From: the human T2T-CHM13v2.0 reference genome, Homo sapiens
Strand: one strand, 5' to 3'
Length of the DNA: 64,000 bases
Assembly (NCBI RefSeq): GCF_009914755.1
Contig: NC_060926.1
Positions 44,761 through 56,555 of this stretch are shown here, piece after piece. Numbering within the stretch: position 1 is the stretch's first letter; every line of letters starts with the position of its first letter. Below the pieces are notes generated by a model. The model was not told the DNA's origin. It saw nothing but the letters and a program-made list of their open reading frames with translations, and made no database searches. The translations under genes and the position numbers were made by a program.

Positions 44761-45313
44761 TGTGGCCAACTTAACTGCCTCAAGCCTGCTTTTGGGAAGA
44801 CAACCTGAGTACAACACACCCAGTTTGGGAGGTGACATCGGAATGGAAAAATCTGGAATGAATTGCATCTTTCTGGGAAAAGCATTGATGCAGATGACAG
44901 AAAAGTATTTATGTTTTGTGCACATGGTCTCCACCTGAAGGGAAAACTGAGAAAAGTCCTCAGGGCAGCAAGAGAGAGCCAGCCAGTAGGAAAGCTTCTG
45001 AAATGTGGACAACATCAATAAAGTGTTTGGCCCTAACCAAAGTTCCTGCACAATGAGGATGAGGTTTACTTGGCATCTTCCTTCCTCATCTCTTCCCCAT
45101 GCCTTGCCACAAGCATGCAGCCCACGTTTCTCTCTCTGAAGGCAGCATGCTAGAAAATTACCCTTTCCTCCCTGCTGTAACAAAATGCTGATATTTAACC
45201 AAGAAAGAAGTTTGATTTGATTTCATTAATTCACAGGACAGCACGCAAATGAGTGGATCAGTGAATTCACTTTAACTTTTATCGCCTGACAAGACTTTCC
45301 AGTTTCTCTAGTA

Positions 45314-45583
45314 TAGTGTTTTTCAAACCAGGATTTATGACCCATCAGAGGTTTAATCAGTTTAATGAGTCCAGCCCAGCATTTTGTTAAAGAAAATAGA
45401 AACTGTTAAAATAGAATAAAAAGGAATAAATAAATAAAAAGAATAAAATAGAGTTGATGCCATGTCATAAGTGTGTGTATGTCTGTATACACACACACAC
45501 TTACATACACATGTGAGTCAACTATGTCACAATGTTAAATGTATTTCTTGTTGGCAATGATCAAAATAATTTTGGAAATACTA
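45314..45583. mobile_element. hAT-Charlie-type non-autonomous DNA transposon, family not assigned
   Basis: Terminal inverted repeat-like ends tagtgtttttcaaac / tttggaaatacta with TCTA-containing 8-bp flanks. Confidence 0.55.
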
Positions 45584-45644
45584 TTCTAATGTAAAGTCCT
45601 ATGGTCTGATGTGCTTGGATTCTGGCTTAATGGGGACTCTTGAT

Positions 45645-45925
45645 TCCTTTTTCCTCCCTCCCTCCCTCCCTCTCTCCCTACCTCTCGTCTTCTCTCCCTC
45701 CCTCCCCCTTCCTCCCCTCCCTTCCCTCCTTCTTCCCTTCCTTCCTCCCTTCCCTCTTTCCTTTCTTCCCTCCTTCCCTTCCTTCTTCCCTCTCTCCCTC
45801 CCTCCCACCCTTCCTTCCTTCCCTAATTCCTTCCCTAATTCATTCCTTCCTTCCTCCCTTCCTTCCTCCTTCCCTCCCTCCCTCTCTTCCTACCTTCCCT
45901 CCTCCCTGCCTCATTTCCTTTTCCC
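45645..45925. repeat. About 280-bp CT-rich polypyrimidine/polypurine tract (TCCC/TTCC units)
   Basis: Almost pure C/T on the + strand. It sits at the tail end of the adjacent L2. Confidence 0.95.
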
Positions 45926-47030
45926 ATTTATCAAAAGTTTGTTGAGCACCTTCTGGGAGCCACGCACTCTTTAAGCATTAGAATTATAGAAGTGAACCAG
46001 AACACTAAGGTCCCTACTTTCAAGGAGCATACATTTTAGAAGGACATATTAGGCAATAAACACATAAACAAAAATATGCATAACATGCAAAGTAGTGGTA
46101 AGTATCATGGAGAGCAAGGTAGAGAGGTAGGGATACAGGTGATGTGGTTGGTCAGAAAATGATTCTCTGATTGGGGACATTTAAATAGACTTGAAAGGAG
46201 TGAGGAAGCAAACCATGAGACTATTTAGGGACAAATGTTCCAGGCAAAGGGACCAGCCAGAGCCAAGGGCCCGAGATGATCATCTGTTTGGTGTTGGGGA
46301 AGATACCAAGAAGCCAGTGTGCCTTTGGGGAGGGAATGATGGAGCGGCAGGGAGGAAATGAGGTGCAGTGGTTGTGGAGGTCACATGGCCATTGCAGACA
46401 AGGTAGCAACTCTGGCTTGGACTCCAAGTAAGATGTGGACCCACTAGTGGGTTTGGAGCAGAGGACTGACATGATCCTGCCCACAATTCTTAAGGGATAT
46501 TGGGGTTGCTGGGAAAGATGAACTGCAGAGAAACCAAGGGGACACAGGACAACAGATAGGACATTCTTTGTAATCCAGAGAGTGACATGGCTCTGGCCAT
46601 ACAAGTAGCAGTGGAGGTGTCAGGATGAACTCGGGTTGGGAATAGTTTATATGTAGATCTGACACAGTAATGAAGTAAATATGAGTGTGGAAGAAATTAA
46701 AAAGGCAAGAATACATCTGAGGTTTTTACCTGAGAAATTGGAAAGACAGAATCATCTTTCCTGGAAGGGGGAGCCTGCAGGAGAAGCAGTTTCACGGGGG
46801 AATTGGGAGTCTGTTCTGAATAAGTCAGGATGGGATACCTAGCAAGCATCCAAATGAGGAGACGTCCAGGGGGCTGCTGGATGCACCGTCCTGGGACTCA
46901 GGAGAGAGAGACCCAGGATGGAGGTATAGATCTGGGAGTTGTCAGCATATAACTAGTATTTAAAGCCATGAGGCTAGATGAGATCACCAAGGAAGTCCAC
47001 ATAAATAAAGAAGAAAAGATATTCAGACAG
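45925..47030 (-). mobile_element. L2 LINE, about 1.1-kb 3' fragment
   Basis: ttgttgagcacc...aatgttccaggcaaagggaccagc...gcagaggactgacatgatc...tatttaaagccatgaggctagatgagatcacc. Confidence 0.85.
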
Positions 47031-47599
47031 TGAGGTAATGTTCAGGCACATTATAATCCTCCTCATGCCCACCAGATGGCCAGAGCCCCTTTATATGGAT
47101 GTAGGGAGCCATCCAGAAATATCTGGACCACTGCATCAGGAAGGCTGCCATTCTTTCATCCAATAAATATTTATTGACAGCCTACGGGTGCCAGGCATTG
47201 ATGGCCTTAGAGAGAGAAGAAGATGTTTTGATGAAAAGAAGAGACTTGCTAATGTACATGAAACACAAACTGATGTAATATCCACAGCTAAGGCAAAGTT
47301 GGTTGACTCTCTCCCAGTTGCCTGAAAGCAACTCAGTGAGAAGGCTGTGGACAGAAAAGAACATCAATGGAGCTAAAACTGAAGCCTCCTTTGCCCTGCA
47401 GGAGACACACTCTAGAATCCTCTTTCCTGCCTTCCTTTTTTGTTAACCGGGGCTCCTCAACTCCATCTCAGCCTCCACTCACTGAACTCCACAACCTTCT
47501 CCCAAGGAGTGTCCACTTGGCTGGACCTGCCTAACGAGTCAGTTTTCCTACATCCCTATCCTCAGCATCCTCCTTTGAAGACATTCACTTAAAAGTGGT

Positions 47600-48009
<410 letters not shown>

Positions 48010-48234
48010 TCACGGGTGAATTCTCAGTTCGTTGAACTGTCATGCATCTTTAAATACCATCGCCTAGGACTTTATTATTGTTCACAAGTGCCCTGGTCAT
48101 TTATCTGCAGTAAAAGTTGCTCCTTTGCCCAGCCCTTTGACTCACTGAAGCAGAAGACTTTGATTTAATAAGCAGTTTTCTTGATGCCTTCTCATGTTTC
48201 CGAAAGTTTGTTCACAAAGTAAATGTGATGGTGA

Positions 48235-48403
48235 GAGTATGCTGTCTGTGTGTTTGTGTGTGCATGTGTGTGTGAGAGAGAGAGAGAGTGTTGTGTGTCA
48301 ATATTTTGTGTGTTGTATGATGTGTTTGTGAGTGGCACGGGTTGTGTGTTTGTGTGAGTACTGTATGTATATGAGTGTGTGTGAGTGTTGGGTGCATGTA
48401 TGT
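48235..48403. repeat. Degenerate TG-rich low-complexity tract
   Basis: Interrupted (TG)n and (GA)n runs. Confidence 0.85.
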
Positions 48404-51400
48404 CCAAATCTGTGTCATTCTTCTGCTGGAGTCCACACTGCAGAGAAGCTGTAATTAAGCCAGGAACCAGTGAGTGCGGGGAGAGGGAAGGGACTTCCTA
48501 CCACCCTTGGAAAATAAAGTAGGGCTTCTTGTCAGGTGGAGCAATGATCATTTATTTAGATACTGATGATCAACATTAAACTAAGAGCCCAAATAAACAG
48601 TGAGCTGAAGTTGGGCCCATAAAGAACTTGGATGGCCGGGTTTCCCTTCCTGCTGAGTGAATGTGTTTGCCAACTGAAGTCACGTGCCTCAGAAAACAGC
48701 TGCCCCTTTCTGCTGCCAGGGGAGCTGCTGCTCTCTCTTGCTCTTTCCAAATGGATAATTTAAGCATCTTCCACTGCATTGGAAACACAGACCCACGTGT
48801 TTCCAGGAAGGAGGGGGAGAGGACTTCTGGGTCTAGGTATTTGTCAGAGGCAGAAGGGAAAGTATAGTCTGAAAATCCTGGTCGTCTAAAAACAGCTTGG
48901 AGAACATTTTAACAACTGTCGCTGTTGGCACCTGGCTTCATCACACTCAAATGGAAAGCGCTTGGGCGGCACAAAACAAAACAAAACAAAACAAAAACAC
49001 CAACAAAAACACCTGGATCCCACCTTAGAATGTGCAGAGAATTGTTGTATGTATCCTACTATTTTTCTACATAACAACTCTGTGAAATGAGGAATTGAAG
49101 CTCAGAAAATTTTCTTTCACAGAAGCAGTCCCAGAAATGACACTCAAGCCCACGACTTTAATTTTTTTCCTAATTTTAATCATAAAAGCAGTTCATGTTT
49201 ATGATATGAACTTTTCCCCTAAACTGTACAGAAGAGTATAAGGCAAACAGTTAAAATTCTGTTCATTCTTAGGACCTCAGTATCAGTTCTCAAGGGTAAT
49301 TATCTATTGCTAAGTACCTCTTGTATGTCCTTCCAGAAAAGGTCAATCACTTACACACAAATGCACGTTTATTCTTTTTAAAAATATAAATAGGATCATT
49401 CTACACACACACACACACACAGGGGTATGAAACATTTTTCATTTGACAATGTACTTTATACTAATTTCAGGACATACTATCTGCGTAGAATTCTCCCAAA
49501 CAATGCACCCTAATTTATTTAACCAGCTCCTTGCTGATGAAAGTTCAGGTGTTTTCAAACCCAAGTCTCTTGATTGTGCAAACCAGGCTCTTTTGCTTAC
49601 AAACTATGTCACTCTAGTCAGAGAATGAGATCCAAGTCAGCCTCAGGCAAAATAAAAGTTGTTTATGTGTTTAGGCATTTATTTATTTATATAACACCTA
49701 ATGCCAGATAAGACTTGTACCTTCACAGGCATCTCTCTCCTTTCCGAATTTCTTTCTTGTTGCAATATTCATTGACTCTTTCTGCATTTCCCCATTAAAA
49801 CCATGAATTGCTAGCAAGGAACTGGAAAACAATTTCTTGACTTCATCTATACCTTAGACTTTGCCTGGATTCTTACATCACTGGGAACCAGTTATTAGGA
49901 TACCAACAACAATTTGATATCATGAAGAGCAAGCTGCTCATTGAAGTCTCCAATTTCAGCCATTCAGCTGATGTCATGAAGACACAAATACTGAAATAGA
50001 TTAATATCCATTTAATTTTATAAAAGGCATCTTTGATTCTTCTTCAGAATACACTTTGCCTACACTTTTGCCTTTATGAAAGGACAGCATTTGTGTGTTT
50101 TAAACCAGTATAACATTCCTGCTCAGGTTTTGATGAAAAGGGTTTTCATTTTTCTATTTTGTCTGAAATGTAAACATTTAGGAATTATAAATTATAGTGT
50201 TATGACATGCCCAGCTTCATCAGGGGCTAGATGGGGATTAATCTGGGTTAATCCTTGTTCTCATCCTCAGCCCAGACACCAGAAAACAAAGTATAAAGTT
50301 ATCTTTGAAGCAGAAGGTAGCTGTCAGTCCTGTTACAATCCAGTTTCAACAGCACTGAGAACCATGAGCATTCCTGGATTGTCCTTCCTGAGGAAGATCC
50401 AATAGTTCACAGTGTTTATAAAACAAACAGTCACTACTACCGTAATTTTAAATAGATTATCTCCTAACAAAGCTGATGCAGAATTCACAAGAGGAACCCA
50501 GAACTACTTCTTTAAAATTTGTTCATGTTTGCACATTTATCCATAGATAGATGATATACACTATCTGTTATCACCCAGAATTGTATACACATTTGTATAT
50601 ATACACACACATAGATATGTCATCTTCACAAAAAAAAGGAAGAAGATACCCAATTCAGTTGTGCACTATAGATAAGGGGCTCTAGAGCTTGAAATTTTCT
50701 GACAAAATTAAAAAAAAAAAGCCAGCATACACCCTTGGACCAATGGTGTCTTCTGTTATCATTACTGCACACACACACAAGAATATTTTAATGCCAAACA
50801 ATAAATGGTAAAAATCTTAAAATAGGTTTTGATACTTTAAAATGAATACTTAAAATTTTATTTTTTTTAAGTCTGTATTATTTTTTATTCTCTTTTTGCC
50901 GAAGGCTGGGGAAAACCACTTGACAGACTAATGTTTGGGTGCTATGGGTGGCAGAGAGCCATCTAGTTCAGTTGGCCACTTTGCAATCTTGCCCAAGTTA
51001 CTTTTAATTTGTATGAGTACATAATAGGTTTATCTATGTATGACGGTTTGATACAGGCATGCAATGCATAAGAATCACATTATGTGATTATGGAGAATTC
51101 TTCTCTTCCAGCCTCTGTTTCTTCTTCTGTGAAACAGGATAGAACTTCTTTCAGGATGATGTGAGAATTAATGACATAATGTGCATAGGGGATGCAGCCC
51201 TCACTTCCATACTAGGTAAACTCCTGAGTTATGGTCCCCTGTGCAAGTGCCAGGAGTATCCACAGACCCTCTAGGCAGGTCCCCTCCGAAGAGCCCAACC
51301 TGGAGACCAGGCCCAGGTGGAGCCTCCTAGAGAGACACAGTGATAAATACACGCTGTACTTTCTTCCCACCCAAATCTTCTACAACTCCAATTAGTAACA

Positions 51401-52659
51401 TTGTTTTTCTTCCTCCAAAATTTCCTTCAGCGTGGTGGGACCATCACTTTGTGTGGAGCCCACGCTTCTTTGATGAGTCAATGAAAGTGATGAATTCAGG
51501 AGAGGCCATCATTGCAGCCGTGGGACTCTCAGGCAGGATGGCTTGATGGTTAGGTGGCGGGGTTACCATCTCCACCACAGTGTGTGGCTGACTCTCGACT
51601 TCGTTGGCTGGGAGGAAACCTAATGAGAAAATCTCTCTCTTTCTCTCTTCTCAGCCTCTTTCTCTCACTCTCACTCTCTCTTGCCCTGGGGTCGGCTCCT
51701 ATCATCTCTCTTCTTGGCACTCCCTGACATGCCACCATGAGGATACACAGCCCATCATGCTAGTGTCCCACATTAACCATAACCTCCTGGAATCAGACTG
51801 TGATTTGTTCATTTTGGGATCTTTAGGGCCTAACAGAGTGCCCGACACTAAGTAGGTATGCAACACTTTTCTGGTGACATGACACTGAACTGAGAGAACC
51901 AGGAGGTCCCACTTAAAAAGAATGGGTTTCTAGCCCCTGATTGCTCTTAATAGTCATTAAACCATTTTCTGCTACCCCTGCTTTCTCATCTACAAAAGGG
52001 AGGTCATTCCTCTTACCTGCCTTTTCTTGCAGGGTTTTGTCAAGAGAGAACAAGATACACAAATTCTAAAAGAAACTTTGATACAAAGTTTAAAAGGAGT
52101 GAAAAACAATATAGTTACTTTAAGACACCAAGAGGATATGGGTATGTTACATCACTTCATCGCTATATGAGGACCACAGGACACTGCTGAGTTGCTGAGT
52201 TTACTCATTTCCTCACTTACACATTCATTCATTCATTCATTCGACAAACACACACTGAGCGTTTTAAGTTAAATGAGACAACATCCCACCCTCAAGCAGC
52301 CAAGGGTCTCATGGAAGAGACCAAAGACTAAAGAAATACCTGAAATATAATGGAATTCAAGATGTGAAAGAAACAACTGTGGATTCCCAGGGGGCACTTA
52401 ACACAACTTTCTACTGGAGATGGCCATGAGATGACTCCTGGGGGAAGAGCAGGAGTTGAACCAATATAGTAGCAAGAAAGGGCATCCCAGGCTAAGTAAG
52501 GTCAAGAACAAAGAGGCAAGGGACAGTGTTATGCGCATTGATACCTTGTGGTTGATATCACTTTTGTTTTGTATTGTTTTGTTCTATTTTAATGACTGTT
52601 TAGGTGGGGCGTATATAACCCAGTTCATCAGGGGGCCCAGCACTACTCTATTATCTTCA

Positions 52660-52822
52660 CCTCTCCTTCTCCTCTTCCAATTTCTTCCTTCTCCTCCCTC
52701 ATCCTCCCCCTTCTTCTTCCTCCTCCTCCTCTTCTTCTTTTTGTTCCTCCTCCTCCCCACCTCCTCTTCTTCTCCTCTCCTTTTCCTCTCTTCCTCCTCC
52801 TCTTCCTTTTTCCTTTTTCTTC
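52660..52822. repeat. CT-rich low-complexity tract (TCC/TTC)
   Basis: Nearly pure pyrimidine on the + strand. Confidence 0.9.
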
Positions 52823-53282
52823 ACTGCCAGCCTGGTTCTTGAAGGTATTTAAGATGGCAAAGCAGGAAACTGAGGGAGGTTAGGCAGAAGAGACAGGCAG
52901 GGGTCTTGGTGGGGCATGCTACAGAGCCTGGACTTTCCTCTGGGGTCTCTGAAGTACCCTGGGAGGGTTTCAAGCAGAAGGACTTGTTCAGGTTTGCTTT
53001 GTAGATCAAGGTTACCAAACTGTTTCTGTAAAGGGCTAGATGGTAAATATTTCAGGCTTTGTGGGCCATACAGTCTCTGTTGAAATACCCAGATCTGGAA
53101 GCAGCCTGGAAGCAGCCACAAACAATATGTAAACAAACAAGCATGGCTATGTTCCACTGACTCTTTATCTATAGACACTGAAATTTGAGTTGTACATAAT
53201 TTTCATGTCATAAAATACTGTCCTTTTACAATTTTTAAAAATCATTTAAAAATGTACAAACCCACATTTAAAAATGTACAAA

Positions 53283-53380
53283 TCATAATGTGATTATTAT
53301 GCAGTGCATACTTGTATCAAAACATCATACCTATATAAATCTATTATGTAACCATACAAATTAAAAATAAAATTATTTTC
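53283..53380 (+). mobile_element. Short L1MA 3'-terminal fragment
   Basis: aatgtgattattatgcagtgcatacttgtatcaaaacatca...ctattatgtaaccatacaaattaaaaataaaa, flanked by taaaaatgtac repeats. Confidence 0.65.
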
Positions 53381-53427
53381 CTAAAAATGTACGAACCATT
53401 CTTAGCTTGTGGGCTATACAAAAACGT

Positions 53428-53666
53428 GGATGTGAGCGTGATCTGCCTGCAACATCTGTCACCTCATTGATCGCCAGGGTTGATTTGACTGATCTGGCTG
53501 GCTAGGCGGGTGTCCCCTTCCTCCCTCATCACTCCATGTGCGTCCCTCCCAAAGCTGTGTGCTTGGTCAGAGAGGACAACCATCTCCGATAGAGGAGAAC
53601 CAGTCTTTGGTCAAGGGTATACGAGTAGCTGTGCTCCCCTGCTAGAACCCCCGAACAAGCTCTCAA
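53428..53666 (+). pseudogene. 7SK snRNA retropseudogene (RN7SKP family), 3'-truncated, no poly(A) tail
   Basis: Colinear with 7SK nt 1 to about 239 (GGATGTGAG...CATTGATCGCCAGGGTTGAT...GGGTATACGAGTAGCTG...CAAGCTCTCAA) with many CpG transitions. caaaaac repeats on both sides. Confidence 0.95.
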
Positions 53667-54530
53667 AAACAGGTAGTGTGCTGGCTTTGGCCCAGACCTT
53701 TGCTTGCCAGCCTCTGTTTTTAGATGGATCATTCTGGGAGCAGTGATAAGGATGAAGGTGCAGCACTGAAGGTAGAGGCACCACAAAGGAAGGAACAGCA
53801 ATGGTCCAGGTGAGACATGACAGAGACACAATCTCAAGCATCAGAATGGAAAATGGGGGGAGAACCAGATTCCAGAAACTGTGATCACTGGATGTGGGGG
53901 ATACAGTAGAGGGAAGAGTCGAGGATAACCCCGAGGTCGCCAGCATGAATGAGCGAACAGAATGTTGCTATTAACGGAGAATCCAGCAGAAGCAGGTTCA
54001 GGAGTGGAAAGAAAATAGTAAGGTCTCCTTCAGACACGGGTTGTGGGAAGACTATGGAACAAGAAGGTGGAGGTGAGGAAAGCCATGGTACCACCTGGAG
54101 CTGTTATGAAAAATAAACACATGGCTTATGTAATCACAGACTTTAGGGACTGGAGAAGCATGCAGGAGGAATCTCGCCAATCTCTCTGCCTCAAGAGAGA
54201 ATTAGACCTGAATCATCTCAGACCAGTGAGAATTCCTCCTTCTCTGCAGGAGGTTTAACCTCCATCTTTCATGCAAAACAGACACTGCTTTCCTCTTAGT
54301 TGCTGCAGGAGAGACAGAAGTCTACTGACAAATTCCATGGACTAACATTGCAAAGGCTTTTCAGTTCCCCCATTTTCACAAAAATTGCAGCTTGAAATTT
54401 GCTCTCCTAATCAAATTGCCAGTGGCATACTTGGGAAAAACCCTGTCAAAGATCCCAGTCTGTGGCATCTGTGATGATCTGTGGAGCGGAGCCACAGCAT
54501 CCGGCAAAGCAGAGTGGGAACTGGGGTGAA

Positions 54531-54704
54531 ACAATGCATCTCTCAAGGAAGTCCTCAGACCAACTGCACCAGTGTGACCTGGACATCTGCGAAGGCTGGA
54601 CCCCAGACCTACTGAATCAGAGACTCTGGGGATGGAGCCAGCAGTCTGTAGTTTCACAAGCCCTGCAGGTGATCCTGATGGATGCCTAACTTGGAGAGCC
54701 ACTG
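54531..54704. mobile_element. MER5A DNA transposon relic
   Basis: ccccagacctactgaatcagagactctgggg...caggtgatcctgatg...ttggagagccactg. Confidence 0.8.
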
Positions 54705-54724
54705 GCCTAAAAGAGGAGACTGCT

Positions 54725-55058
<334 letters not shown>

Positions 55059-55349
55059 CTACTGTCTTTTCCCCAAACCTCCTCTCATGCCTCTGGCTTA
55101 GTGTGGACAGCTGAGGTCAATCTTCTCACCCTAAGCACAGCCAGTGGATGCACAATCAGGTTCTTTCTGAGTGTGGTGAGAACCCACCTCTCCTCCCAGC
55201 CTGTGCCCACTGCATTTTCCATTCTGCGATGTTCTCATCTCTGGAGTTTCCACAGAATGCCCATAGGAAAGGAAGCTCTGGGCCCAATGGCATAAAAACC
55301 GGCATGGGTATGAATACCCACCTGGGTAAACTGGGAGAAACAGAGCTCC

Positions 55350-55595
55350 AGGTAGTGTGACTAAGAGCACAAACTTGGGAGCCAGACATTGTAAATTGGA
55401 ATGTCTGCTCTATCACTTACATGCTGGTTATCCTCAAGTGAGTTATTGAACCTCTCTATGCCTAATTTCCTCATCCCTGTAATGAGGATGGTAAGAGTGC
55501 CTAGTTCATCAGATTGCTGTGAGGATTAAATGAGTTAATATTTGCAAAGAACGTGAGCAATGCCTGGCACACTGTGCCACATAAGTGATATGAGT
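55350..55595 (+). mobile_element. MIR SINE, near full length
   Basis: gtagtgtgactaagagcac...ggagccagac...gtgaggattaaatgagttaata...tgcctggcac. Confidence 0.85.
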
Positions 55596-56085
55596 TTCTA
55601 GGCCTGAAATCCCTCATCTTCAACCAGTCACATAACACACTGTAGGCTCATGGGTCAGTCATGCTCTGAAGATCCTGGGGAAAACTCAATTCTCTTCCTG
55701 TCAAGTTTAGGCCTTGTCTCCAAAATCCTGTATGGTACCTCAAATTGAGGAACTGGCTGGACCACACAACTCTGAGAATGATCCTTTTATTCTCCTCTAA
55801 TTCAAAAGGCTAAATTTCCCAAAAACTCACAGCTTGACCTTAGCCCTGTGGCTTTTATAACTCCCACAGCCCAGTGATGGACAGGAAATGGAGCCCAATG
55901 AAAGAGGCTTTCTCCTTGACAACAGGGGCCCAGTTGCTTTAAGCTGCACAAAAATAGATTCCTTTCTTGTGAATACCATGTTGGCTCTTCCAAGGTGGAA
56001 GAGATGGGGAGTCCCAAAATAGGTGACCTGTATATTGTGCCAGGTGGACAGGATTCTGGCTAGGGTGAAAGGTAGGAAGCACTAA

Positions 56086-56555
56086 TATGTCAGTTTCCTA
56101 GGGCTTCCATTACAAATGACCACAGACTGGGTGGCTGAAAACAACAGAAATTTATTCCCTCACAGATCTGGAGGCCAGAAGTCAAAATCAAGGTGTCATG
56201 CTCCTACTGAAGGCTCTAGGGAAGAATCCCTCCCAGCCCCATCCTAGCTTCTGCTGGTTGCTGGCAGTCCTTGCTATTCCCTGGCCTAGTTAGCTGCATC
56301 GTGCCAATTTCTGCCTCTGACATCACATGGCATTCTCCCCGTGTGTCAGTGTGTCTGCAAATCTCCCACTCTTTGTAAGGACTGTCATTGGAATAGAACT
56401 CTTTATAAGAACCAGTCAGTGGATTAGGGTTCACCCTAATGTTCTCATCTTAACTGGAGTACATCTCCACAGGTCCTATTTCCAAATAAGTTCACAGCTA
56501 CTGAAAGGTTAAGATTTCAACATGTTTTGTAGGGGACACAATTCAACCCAAAAGA
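56086..56555 (-). mobile_element. ERVL-MaLR solo LTR, MLT1B/C-like
   Basis: cagtttcctagggc...acaacagaaatttatt...ctggaggccagaagtc...ggggacacaattcaaccc. Confidence 0.85.

Larger units (their letters stand above)
53006..53716 (+). mobile_element. MER58B hAT-Charlie element, interrupted twice, itself within an L2 relic
   Basis: caaactgtttctgtaaagggctagatggtaaatatttcaggctttgtgggccatac...ttgccagcctctg. 8-bp TSD tttgtaga/tttttaga. Confidence 0.8.

Noticed and set aside
45599-45974. Pro/Ser/Leu-rich and Gly/Arg/Glu-rich ORFs
   Set aside because: They arise because the pyrimidine tract lacks stop codons.
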